A stretch of 30,331 bases of DNA from a virus (lineage: Duplodnaviria > Caudoviricetes). The notes below the pieces were generated by a model, which was not told where the DNA came from, ran no database searches, and worked only from the letters and a program-made list of their open reading frames with translations. The position numbers and the translations under genes are program-made. The DNA is taken from positions 1-30,331 of the IMG/VR virus record IMGVR_UViG_3300035007_000001; one strand, 5' to 3'. Below, piece by piece: positions 1 to 8,085 of this stretch. Positions within the stretch are counted from its first letter, which is position 1. The number at the start of each line of letters is the position of its first letter.

Positions 1-127
1 CAGGCGCGGATGATGGCGAGCACATTGTCATTTAACATGAGCAGGCTGGCCCACCCACTGTCAGGCAATCTGGGCAGAAATTCGCTCCGTTTGCGAGCAG
101 AGGCTGCTACGATTGCGAGCGCCTACA
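1..127. mobile_element. Probable end of a Mu/Tn7-superfamily (or IS21-like) transposon extending left of the window
   Basis: Minus strand from 127 reads TGTAGGC, then two 15-bp direct repeats with 22-bp period (plus strand GCTACGATTGCGAGC 106-120 and GCTCCGTTTGCGAGC 84-98, 13/15 identical). This is where the phage deacetylase ORF loses its domain pattern. Confidence 0.6.
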
Positions 128-1543
128 CGTACCGAACGAACTGGTGATGTTGTCGTTGTACGTGCTGTCGAGATTGACGTCCCAGCCATCCGCATACACC
201 TCGCGGATCTTCGGCATGTCGAACGCGGAGGAATTCGAACTCGTCGTCCCGACAAAATTGATACCGCCCGGTATGCCAAGCGACTTCATCAGGGGATAGG
301 CGAAGGTGTACTGGGTGATCTTCAGGTCATCAAAGACGATGGCGATCGTCGCACGGCCACCCGCCTTGCCAAGCAGCGCGTCGAACTTCGTCACCTTCGA
401 ATGCGGGATGTCGCCGGTCGGGCCGACGACCAGGCCCACCGTGCCCCCGCCAGGCGAGTTGAGCGATGCGTTGTCCGAGACGTGCATTGCGCCCCACAGC
501 TTACCCATGAGCAGCGGCGACGGCGTCTCGTACAGCGTCCCGAACGTCGGCCCCGCCTGCAAAGCGCCGAAGCGCTTCAGCACGACCGACATTCCGCCCG
601 TCTGGCGACCCGCATCCATACCGACGTCGCCCAGCACGGCGATGGTGCCGAGCAGGCTGGTGTCGAAGCTGCCGATGTCGTTCTTGGTGGCGGTCGCGCC
701 AACCGTGCCGGTCGACGTGACCTGAAGGCGCTTGGTGCCATAGGCCGGGCTATCGGTCGCAAGCTGCACGTCGGCACCATTGGCCGCAGTCCAGTTGGTC
801 AGGCTCTCGAAGTCTTCGAGGATGACGGGCGGGGGCAGCACGACATGATAGGACTTCGCTGCCCTGTTTGCTCCGCTCTCGACGCCAGCGACCGCGAGGC
901 GATACCCTTCATCTGCCGCTTGGGACACGTAAGTCGCACTGGTCGCGCCAGGAATAGCGGTGAAGCTGACGGGGCTCGCCAGCTTCATGCGATACCACTG
1001 CACATTGGTCCAGGCCGCGTTGAGCGTATAGGTCTGCCCGGTCGAACCATCCGCCGTCGCGCTGACCAAGCCGTAGGAAGGAACGACGCCGTTCAAGGTC
1101 GGGGACGGAATAGGGGTGGGGGTAGGCGTCACCGATCCCACGGGCTGCGGGACGGTCGCGCCCAGATCATCTTCTACGACCACCGAATAGGCAATGGAGC
1201 CGTCTGGCTGGCGCGTTCCTGCCACACGATAGCGCGCCAGCTTGCGCCCGACACCGATCGCCGCCAACGCCTGAGCCATCAGACTGGCCTGGCTGGCCGC
1301 GACGATCTCGATTCGCGTGTCCCGGTACCCAACCCCAACGCCTGGCTCGTACTCCCGCAGAGCGACGGTCGAAACCGGATAGGGCAGGCCCTGCGACATC
1401 AAGTTGCCGTTAACCACCGAGAAGCCGGGAGACGCATCCCCCAGAACCTCAACCTTCCCCGTCGTCAGACCGGAGATAGCCGCTTGGAACGGGCGGCCCT
1501 GCACGCCCTGGGTGGTGGAGAGGGTGAGAGCATTGAGCGCCAT
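107..1543 (-). pseudogene. Virion fibre-like protein (Pro/Thr linker, Ig-like domain, CBM-like region, NodB-type deacetylase domain), C-terminally truncated
   Basis: TPTPTPIPSP linker; Ig-like VQWYR...IPGATSATY; NodB start AIVFDD...YPLMKSLGIPG...DGWDV, then stop after 6 codons of apparently foreign sequence; GGAGG RBS. Confidence 0.65.
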
Positions 1544-1557
1544 ACTGCCTCCATGCG

Positions 1558-1587
1558 GCTACGGGGTGGCGGGCTGTACCGCCGTTA
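1558..1587 (-). promoter_or_regulatory. Late-gene motif copy 1 (TAACGGCGGTA ... CGTAGC)
   Basis: Same core as 4890-4900 and 8075-8085; sits just downstream of a terminator and upstream of a gene start. Confidence 0.6.
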
Positions 1588-1628
1588 CAGGCGAATGACG
1601 TCGCGGACGTTCAGGCCATCGCCGCAAC

Positions 1629-1657
1629 AAAAAGGCCGCCGCCCGAAAGCAGCGGCC
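1629..1657 (-). terminator. Rho-independent terminator after capsid operon
   Basis: Minus strand GGCCGCTGC-TTTCGG-GCGGCGGCC followed by TTTTT. Confidence 0.85.
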
Positions 1658-1685
1658 ATGAGGCTGGGGAGAAACCCGGCAGGGG

Positions 1686-2000
1686 TTACTTGGCCGGCTT
1701 GGTCGCCTTCTCCAGATCGGCCTGGAGTGCCGCCACCTGAGCCTTGAGGTCGGCGTTCTCGGCGGTCAGCGCCTCGACCCGATCGCTGGCAGCAGCATCC
1801 GCTTCGGCGTCGACCTTGCGGCCGAAATCGGGAATGTCGCCCTTGATTTCGATCTTGTCGCCGCCCTCAGTCTCGATGTGCTGAGCGCCGTCCTTATCCT
1901 TGGCAGTGATCGTCACGCTCTGGCCCGGCTCCACCCAATAGGTGCCACCCGACGCCAGATTGATGCCACGGGGGCCGGGCTGATAGTTGGTCTTCTTCAT
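1686..2000 (-). CDS. Small phage protein downstream of major capsid, C-terminal coiled coil
   Basis: 104 aa, GGAG RBS, position directly after the capsid gene. Confidence 0.8.
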   Translation of the reverse strand: MKKTNYQPGPRGINLASGGTYWVEPGQSVTITAKDKDGAQHIETEGGDKIEIKGDIPDFGRKVDAEADAAASDRVEALTAENADLKAQVAALQADLEKATKPAK

Positions 2001-2012
2001 GATCCGGCTCCC

Positions 2013-3023
2013 TTAGATGTTGTCGCGGTAGCTCATCGTCTTCGGACGATAGAGCTCGAACTGACCGACGTTCATCACGCCGTCGACACGCCAGGTCATG
2101 GACGAGGTCTGGAACAGCGGCATGAACTCGAACATGCCTGGCAGGAAGAACTCCATGTTGTCGGGATTCTTCTCGTAGGCGACGATGCGCCCAGTGCCGC
2201 CAGCGCCCGCCGTTTCCAGCTCGCGGCTCGGACGAATATCGAGCGGCTGCTTACTGATAGCCGTGTATGCGTTGTTCTCGCTGATATACTTGAGGATCGA
2301 TTGATCCGTATTAGGCATACGCGTGCGGTTGGCGATGAGGAACTTGCTGGTCGGGAACAGCACGGCATTGGCGAGCGCGGTTTCGCGGCTGTTGACGTAC
2401 ACATCCGTCAGAGCAGCGTCGGTGTCCGCCGACATTTGATCAGCCGTCGCGGTCCCCCAATTACCAAACGGCGCAGGGGCGGTCGGGACGACCGTCTGGT
2501 TGATCATGCCCCGAAAGTTCTTCTCGCCCGTGTCGCCACGGATGACGCGATCGTAGATGAACTTCTCGGCGATCATGCGCGCGGCCGACGCCTTGCGTTC
2601 GGCGAGGTTGGAGCCGCCTTCGCTGACACCGGGGTTCTGCGCGACCATGCGAGCGAAGCGCTCGACCTCACGGCGCGACAGCTCATAGCCGACGCCCGCC
2701 AAGTGGAACTGCGTCACGCCCTGGTTGAAGTTGATCGACGCGTTCGGAACGTCGAAGGCCTTGCCGCCCAGATATTCCGCCTTGCCCGCGACATCGCCGG
2801 AATAGACCAGCGTGCCGACGTCCCACATATCGCCATCGGTGTTGACCGGAACAAGCCCGGCATAATCGAAGCTCGGATACTTCTGACCGATGAACTTGTG
2901 CGTGCGATAGAGCGCCGGCTGAGCGAAGCCGACGACCTGCTGCGCGTCATGCAGGTCCAGCGTGGGTGCCACGCCAAACGAGCGGGCCGCGTCGCCCAGA
3001 TTGATGATGTTCGGTGCGTACAT
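2013..3023 (-). CDS. Major capsid protein (DUF2184 family)
   Basis: 336 aa; pattern typical of DUF2184 (YPSFDYAGLVPV, LETAGAGGTGRIVAYEKNP, YRPKTMSYRDNI); position in head module. Confidence 0.9.
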   Translation of the reverse strand: MYAPNIINLGDAARSFGVAPTLDLHDAQQVVGFAQPALYRTHKFIGQKYPSFDYAGLVPVNTDGDMWDVGTLVYSGDVAGKAEYLGGKAFDVPNASINFNQGVTQFHLAGVGYELSRREVERFARMVAQNPGVSEGGSNLAERKASAARMIAEKFIYDRVIRGDTGEKNFRGMINQTVVPTAPAPFGNWGTATADQMSADTDAALTDVYVNSRETALANAVLFPTSKFLIANRTRMPNTDQSILKYISENNAYTAISKQPLDIRPSRELETAGAGGTGRIVAYEKNPDNMEFFLPGMFEFMPLFQTSSMTWRVDGVMNVGQFELYRPKTMSYRDNI

Positions 3024-3037
3024 GGTTCAGCCCCCTC

Positions 3038-3493
3038 TTACTGCTGCACGACGCGCAGGCGGACGGGGGCACCGCTCGACACCGCATCGGTGAAAGTTGC
3101 CGGAATGGCGGTGTTGCCGGTTGCGGTCGTGGTGAACGCGCCCGCTGCGGTCACATAGGCCGCCGCGTCCTTGGTCGTGTTGCTGCCCGCGACGACCCAG
3201 ATCGTGCCCTGATCGAGCAGCGACATGGTGCCATACTGCGGGTGAACGTCCGCCGTACCGGTCAGGCCGGGAACGACGCCAATGTCCGCGATCACGATGC
3301 CCTTGAACTTCGTGCCGGGGGTCGCCGTGACCTGCTTGCCGACGCCGGTCGAGAAAACGGCCTTGCCGAACGCGATACCGGCCGCGTCTGCGGCGATTGC
3401 GGTCGGGCGGGACTGGGTGTTGCCATCCGCCAACATGCCGGGGAAGCCCTGGGCATAGTCGGTGAGATACGTGTCCTGAACGGTGATGGGCAT
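3038..3493 (-). CDS. Capsid decoration/cement protein
   Basis: 151 aa, Ala/Gly/Thr-rich beta-type sequence (GFPGM, IAFGKAV, GTIWV) between scaffold and capsid genes. Confidence 0.8.
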   Translation of the reverse strand: MPITVQDTYLTDYAQGFPGMLADGNTQSRPTAIAADAAGIAFGKAVFSTGVGKQVTATPGTKFKGIVIADIGVVPGLTGTADVHPQYGTMSLLDQGTIWVVAGSNTTKDAAAYVTAAGAFTTTATGNTAIPATFTDAVSSGAPVRLRVVQQ

Positions 3494-3508
3494 GTCTCTT
3501 CCCCCTCC

Positions 3509-4855
3509 TTATGCCGCGTCGGCAGCGTTGAACGGCTTCTTCCAAGCCGACGACAGATCTGCCCGCTGCTGGGCTCGATCCTTGAGATATTCGCTCGCCG
3601 CGTCGGTGACCTGAGCGGGCGCGCCGATCGGCTGGACCTGCTGCTGATCGACCTTCGTGTCCTTGGTCAGCGCGTCGAACGCGATGCGGACATGCTCGCC
3701 TTCGTAGGCGTTGCCCGGCATGGCCTTGTCCACGACCGCCTTCATGATTGCTGCCTCGTCCATCGCGTCGGTGACGGTCACACCATTGGCCTTAGCCTTG
3801 GCTTCGATGACCGCGAACGCCTTGCCCGCGTCGCGAAGCTGCTGAAGCGTTGGCTTGGCGTCTGCCAGGTCCTTCTTCAGCTTGGCGATTTCCGCGTCCT
3901 TGGCGACCAGCGTGGCGGCGTCGGTAACGGCCTGGGCTTCCAGGTTGGTGACCTTGCCGGTCGCAGCATCACGAGCGGCGATCAGCGTCTGTACGGTGGC
4001 GATTGCCGTATCGGCGTTCGCCATGTCGACGGTCAGCCCGTCGATTAACATGGTCTTCACGGGCTTCTCCTGGTCGTGAATGTGGAAGGGGTAACAGTCC
4101 ATCTTCATGCCGGACTTCATGCCGCCGCCCTCAAGTTCAGCGAGCGCGTTTTTCATCTGCTCCATCATGAGCATCTGACTCTTCTCGCCCTCTTTGCCGG
4201 TAGTCGGGGCAGAGCCGTTCATGTGTTTCTCGTGGAGCGCTATGGCCTTCTTGAGCCATGCGGCGGCCTCTTTCGCTCCATCCTCCAACGCGATAGGCAA
4301 CGCGTCGCAGATCGCGGCATCGCCGATGCGGCAGGTTGGCCCTGCGCGCCCGCGATCCACCAACGCGATGTGGTTGCCGGTTATGTTGGTCTGACGTGCC
4401 GCGCACTTGGTGCCGTCAGCCGCAGTGAAGTCGCCAAACTCGACGTCGCAGGCATAGCCGTTGGACAGTTCGCGCTTGCCCGCATTGACCTTCGCCACGG
4501 TGGGGGCGTCAGTCAGCATCAGGTCGAAGGCGAGATATTCGCCATCACGCATCGCGCCCATGATCGTCCCGCGCGCGTGCGTCCGCCAATTATCAGCGGT
4601 GACGGGCTGCGACGGGTGATCGTCGGTAATGGGCTTGCCGATGAAGCTGCGGACGGCGCGTTCGTCAAAGACCTCGCTTTCGTCGCGCAGCACGTTGACG
4701 ACTGCCGTATCCCGAAGCCCATGCGTGTTGTCTGGGTCGATCTCGCGACCGGCATACTGGTACACGCCGGTTCGGGCGGCTCGTGCGCGGACAGCCAAAG
4801 CACCGCCTTGCAGCGGGCGGGGGGCGTCGAGCGTCAGGGCGTCAGAAAACAACAC
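3509..4855 (-). CDS. DUF2213 prohead protease/scaffold protein
   Basis: ARTGVYQY, GKPITDDHP, GKRELSNGY, NHIALVDRGRAG motifs; C-terminal coiled-coil scaffold region. Confidence 0.9.
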   Translation of the reverse strand: MLFSDALTLDAPRPLQGGALAVRARAARTGVYQYAGREIDPDNTHGLRDTAVVNVLRDESEVFDERAVRSFIGKPITDDHPSQPVTADNWRTHARGTIMGAMRDGEYLAFDLMLTDAPTVAKVNAGKRELSNGYACDVEFGDFTAADGTKCAARQTNITGNHIALVDRGRAGPTCRIGDAAICDALPIALEDGAKEAAAWLKKAIALHEKHMNGSAPTTGKEGEKSQMLMMEQMKNALAELEGGGMKSGMKMDCYPFHIHDQEKPVKTMLIDGLTVDMANADTAIATVQTLIAARDAATGKVTNLEAQAVTDAATLVAKDAEIAKLKKDLADAKPTLQQLRDAGKAFAVIEAKAKANGVTVTDAMDEAAIMKAVVDKAMPGNAYEGEHVRIAFDALTKDTKVDQQQVQPIGAPAQVTDAASEYLKDRAQQRADLSSAWKKPFNAADAA

Positions 4856-4863
4856 ATTACGTG

Positions 4864-4900
4864 GTTACGCCGAAAGCCCGCCTGCTATTTACCGCCGTCA
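4864..4900 (-). promoter_or_regulatory. Late-gene motif copy 2 (TGACGGCGGTA-N20-CGTAAC)
   Basis: Overlaps the HNH stop codon, immediately upstream of the DUF2213 start. Confidence 0.65.
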
Positions 4901-5428
4901 ACGCCTTTGATTGGCTGATTGCTCTTTATAGGTAGCCCATCGGCAATTACCGGGCTTGTAGCCTTGTTCGTTATCAATCCTATCAATTGACATTCTGGGG
5001 TGTGGCTTCTTGCCCATATCCGCCAGAAATTGCTCAAAAGAGCCTGCCCATTCCTGGCAGACCGTGATGCCTCGTCCGCCATAATTGGCATATTTGGGGT
5101 GTTTTGGGTTGCCGCAACGGGTCTTCATTGATTGCCATGTTCTATATTCAGGGCTTGGCGCACCCGCTCTCGCATGGCCGTGGGTAATTTTCAGGTCGCC
5201 ATTCTTAGCCTGATCAACGCGCAAACACCCGCAGGATTTCGTGCTTCGTGCACCATTTTTCCTCAGCTGATTGATGGAAACGATGATCACCGAGTCGCAA
5301 TCGCAGCGGGCATATACCTGCCTGTGCTTCTTTCGTCCGTATACTTTAGGCTCGGCTTCCCTCAGAACAGTTAACCTGCCAAATTTGATGACACCATCAA
5401 GTGCTTCGTTTAAAGGATTCACAGCCAT
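4898..5428 (-). CDS. Free-standing HNH-type homing endonuclease
   Basis: FGRLTV, CDC, KSCGC, YGGRGITVC, SIDRIDN..GY.PGNCRWA motifs; visibly more AT-rich than neighbours; start at ATG 5428 with GGAG RBS. Confidence 0.85.
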   Translation of the reverse strand: MAVNPLNEALDGVIKFGRLTVLREAEPKVYGRKKHRQVYARCDCDSVIIVSINQLRKNGARSTKSCGCLRVDQAKNGDLKITHGHARAGAPSPEYRTWQSMKTRCGNPKHPKYANYGGRGITVCQEWAGSFEQFLADMGKKPHPRMSIDRIDNEQGYKPGNCRWATYKEQSANQRR

Positions 5429-5430
5429 TT

Positions 5431-5490
5431 CGCTACTCCAATAGCGGTTTAGGTCAGGGCCGGTCGGGTGTTCCACCACCTTTCCGGCCC
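5431..5490 (-). promoter_or_regulatory. Two-hairpin leader of the HNH gene
   Basis: GGGCCGG/CCGGCCC stem with inner GGTG/CACC (5457-5490); second stem CGCTAT-TGGA-GTAGCG (5431-5446) covering the RBS. Confidence 0.55.
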
Positions 5491-5502
5491 GAATTTCATA
5501 CA

Positions 5503-6312
5503 CTATTCTTCCAGCCACTCCAAGTACGCCCTTGCCCTACAGCCGCAGTAAGGCTGGGTTCCGGGTGGTCCATCTGCGGGTGGATCAGACCATTCAAAGA
5601 TCTTACCATCACGCTCGACATGGTTCTGTCGAGGATGGGCCTTTCTTGAATGGACCCAGACATATTTCGTTATGCCTGCTTGCTCGGCTCGGGCCTGCGC
5701 CAACCTCGCAGTGGTCTTTTGCAATTGGTCCGCTGCCACGCGTAAACTGCGGTCGCGCGCCATGCCCGTCGCTTTTCGGATTTCGGCAGCGACATCGCGA
5801 GCAGGGCTGCGGGAACGGAGGCCATTGAAGACGGCTGTCGCGATCCTCTGGCGCGCTTGGCTGTTGATGTCCCGGACTAAGCTGACGTTCCATTCCAGCA
5901 CCTCCGACAGTGGCTGGCTCACATCATTGCTGGTCAGCATCGTGGAAAGATCGACATCCGTGGCTGCAAGCGTTGCGCCAATGAACTTCGACCGCTCCCA
6001 TTTCTCAACCTTGAATAGCCAATCGCTCATCGCCACACGTAGCGACAGCACGAGGCGTAGGAATTCGTTCTCCGCCTGATCCAGCTCGTTGTTGATGTCG
6101 CCAGCCGCGTCCGTCGTCAGCGCGGAAAGGCTGCGCTCGTATTCCGCCAGGATCGCGTCAGTGCGGCGCGTCCAGATGGCTACGACAGGGGCGTAGACTG
6201 CTGCGTAGAGGTTTGTCGCGAAGGTGGAAGGGGGCCGGATATCCCGGAATGTGACGGCTTTCCGGCGCCGGTTTCGTGCGCCTTTCGCGAGGTCTGCGAG
6301 ATTGAACCGCAC
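5503..6312 (-). CDS. Minor head/head morphogenesis protein (Mu gpF/SPP1 gp7 family)
   Basis: GITKYVW...HPRQNHVERDGKIF.W...PGTQPYCGCRA motif; follows portal. Confidence 0.9.
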   Translation of the reverse strand: MRFNLADLAKGARNRRRKAVTFRDIRPPSTFATNLYAAVYAPVVAIWTRRTDAILAEYERSLSALTTDAAGDINNELDQAENEFLRLVLSLRVAMSDWLFKVEKWERSKFIGATLAATDVDLSTMLTSNDVSQPLSEVLEWNVSLVRDINSQARQRIATAVFNGLRSRSPARDVAAEIRKATGMARDRSLRVAADQLQKTTARLAQARAEQAGITKYVWVHSRKAHPRQNHVERDGKIFEWSDPPADGPPGTQPYCGCRARAYLEWLEE

Positions 6313-6338
6313 GGATCACGCTTCGATGTCGCGACAGG

Positions 6339-6521
6339 TCACTTGACCGTCAGCTTCCAACCATACCGGGCAAGGAGCGAGACGCCGCGTTCGCGGACGT
6401 ATTCAGCTAAACGAGGCGACACTTTGTTGCAAGCCAACGTCACAAGATACAGCGCCCAAATCGCACGCATGAACCACGGACGCTGCATGGCTACCAGCTT
6501 AACGTCAAGATTGGCCATCAC
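6339..6521 (-). CDS. Small hypothetical protein with a hydrophobic segment
   Basis: 60 aa, coupled to the portal stop. Confidence 0.55.
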   Translation of the reverse strand: MMANLDVKLVAMQRPWFMRAIWALYLVTLACNKVSPRLAEYVRERGVSLLARYGWKLTVK

Positions 6522-8041
6522 TCATCTCCTTGGGCACGACGGGCGGCAATGTTGCGCATCTGCTCAATAATCGCAGGATCAAGGCCACTTTCGGCTGCCG
6601 CGTCGATCAATGCCTGAGCATCATTGGCAGCACGACGCGCGGGGGCGCTTCCATCGCCACCCGCCGTCGCCTGAGATTCTGGATCACCTCCCTTCGCTTG
6701 AATAGCAGACGGGTCGCTCCCGTCGTCTTCGGGGTCGAGCCCGAACCGGATGTCTTCGGGTAGCTTTGCGAGCGCGTCGGCAAGGCCGGGCATGTAGCCG
6801 CGCTCTTCGATCAGGTTCTGGACGGCCCGAGCCAGTGCCTCCTGAGGCACAAGCCCGCTATCAATCAGCTTGCCGATCGCATCCATGAGCAGGTCGAAAG
6901 TCTCAGCCTCTTCCTTCTCGGTCGGCTTGCGGAGCGGCGCCCAGACCCACCACACGTCATCCGGCTTGGCCACGCCAGCCGAGCGCAGAAGCAACGGATC
7001 CAGCACCTCAAGGCAGGGGCGGGTTTCGTTCTCCTGACCGTCACCAATGGCGTCCCACCAGTTGGCAAGGTCATGCTCGCCCGTGGCGTTCATGCCGCCA
7101 GGCGAGGTGCCAAACAGGCGAGTGACCGGGATGTCAGCCACGGCCGCCGCGCGCTTGTCCAGCGTGTCGAGATAGGCCGGGATGCCTGACCAGTTGATCT
7201 GGTAATCGTCAATTTTTTCGCCAGGATCATCAGCGCCAGTACCTGAGCGATAAACTGTCGCGTTCAGGCTGCTTTCCCCGGTCGCGATCAGCGCGACGCG
7301 CTCATTGAGCTGCTGCCTGCCTGCCTCGGTAGCCACGAGGTCGAGCAAGTCAGGGATGCCGATGCGCAGGAGCTTTGCCTTGCGGACCAGCTGCACAAAC
7401 CATTGCTGCGCTTGGTCGCTGTTCTGCACCTCCTTAAAAACGCGGAGCAGGCGGCAATCGCCCCAGAACGCGTCCTCATCGCTGATTGCGCCGCCAGCCG
7501 GGACGGGCTCGCCACGGAAACAGATGACGCGGCTCGGGTGGATGCGGTCCTCGCTGCCCGTCGCGCCGTTTATTTGGAACATCCCCGGCTGGCGATAGGT
7601 GGGAGATGCAAGATTGGTATCGAAGTCGCGGGCGCTGATTTCCCAGCGCGACGCCACATTGATTGCGACAATGCCGCCCTCGCTGACCATTTCCGGCGTC
7701 AGGGGCTGGTCGTGACTGCCCGCCGTGACGATGATGAGCGCACCGCCACCTACACCACGAAGCACCTCAGCCTGCTTGACCTTGGCACGCAGCCCGAGAC
7801 GCTTTTCCTCTTTCTCCACGGCCGCGATCGTCTTCTTATCGGCCTGCCAATCGCGCCATTTCTGCGTGCGGTCAGCGGCCGGGATCTGAATGATCTTACG
7901 AAGAAGACCGGACTCCATATAGGCCGCGAGCGCCAGCTGATGGCTGAAAACGCTGGGAAGAATACCCTGACGGCCCGCGAACGGGTTGAGGCGGGATGCG
8001 AACGCAATGGCATTCGTGAGGCTGTCGGTGATCCACGCCAT
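6518..8041 (-). CDS. Portal protein (DUF1073 family)
   Basis: IHPSRVI, IPVTRLFGTSPGGMNATGEHDLANW motifs; directly after TerL. Confidence 0.9.
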   Translation of the reverse strand: MAWITDSLTNAIAFASRLNPFAGRQGILPSVFSHQLALAAYMESGLLRKIIQIPAADRTQKWRDWQADKKTIAAVEKEEKRLGLRAKVKQAEVLRGVGGGALIIVTAGSHDQPLTPEMVSEGGIVAINVASRWEISARDFDTNLASPTYRQPGMFQINGATGSEDRIHPSRVICFRGEPVPAGGAISDEDAFWGDCRLLRVFKEVQNSDQAQQWFVQLVRKAKLLRIGIPDLLDLVATEAGRQQLNERVALIATGESSLNATVYRSGTGADDPGEKIDDYQINWSGIPAYLDTLDKRAAAVADIPVTRLFGTSPGGMNATGEHDLANWWDAIGDGQENETRPCLEVLDPLLLRSAGVAKPDDVWWVWAPLRKPTEKEEAETFDLLMDAIGKLIDSGLVPQEALARAVQNLIEERGYMPGLADALAKLPEDIRFGLDPEDDGSDPSAIQAKGGDPESQATAGGDGSAPARRAANDAQALIDAAAESGLDPAIIEQMRNIAARRAQGDE

Positions 8042-8049
8042 GGTGATGG

Positions 8050-8085
8050 GCTATGGTGGCGGGCAGGCCGCAGTTACCGCCGTTA
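8050..8085 (-). promoter_or_regulatory. Late-gene motif copy 3 (TAACGGCGGTA-N19-CATAGC)
   Basis: Overlaps the TerL stop codon, upstream of portal ATG. Confidence 0.65.

Noticed and set aside
113-4918. Long plus-strand ORFs (113-1747, 1878-3158, 3014-4048, 4076-4918)
   Set aside because: Antisense shadows of well-supported minus-strand genes in high-GC DNA; no motifs.
6518-8041. Portal as anti-CBASS Acb1
   Set aside because: The DUF1073 label can carry that name, but no 2H (HxT/S) domain is present.
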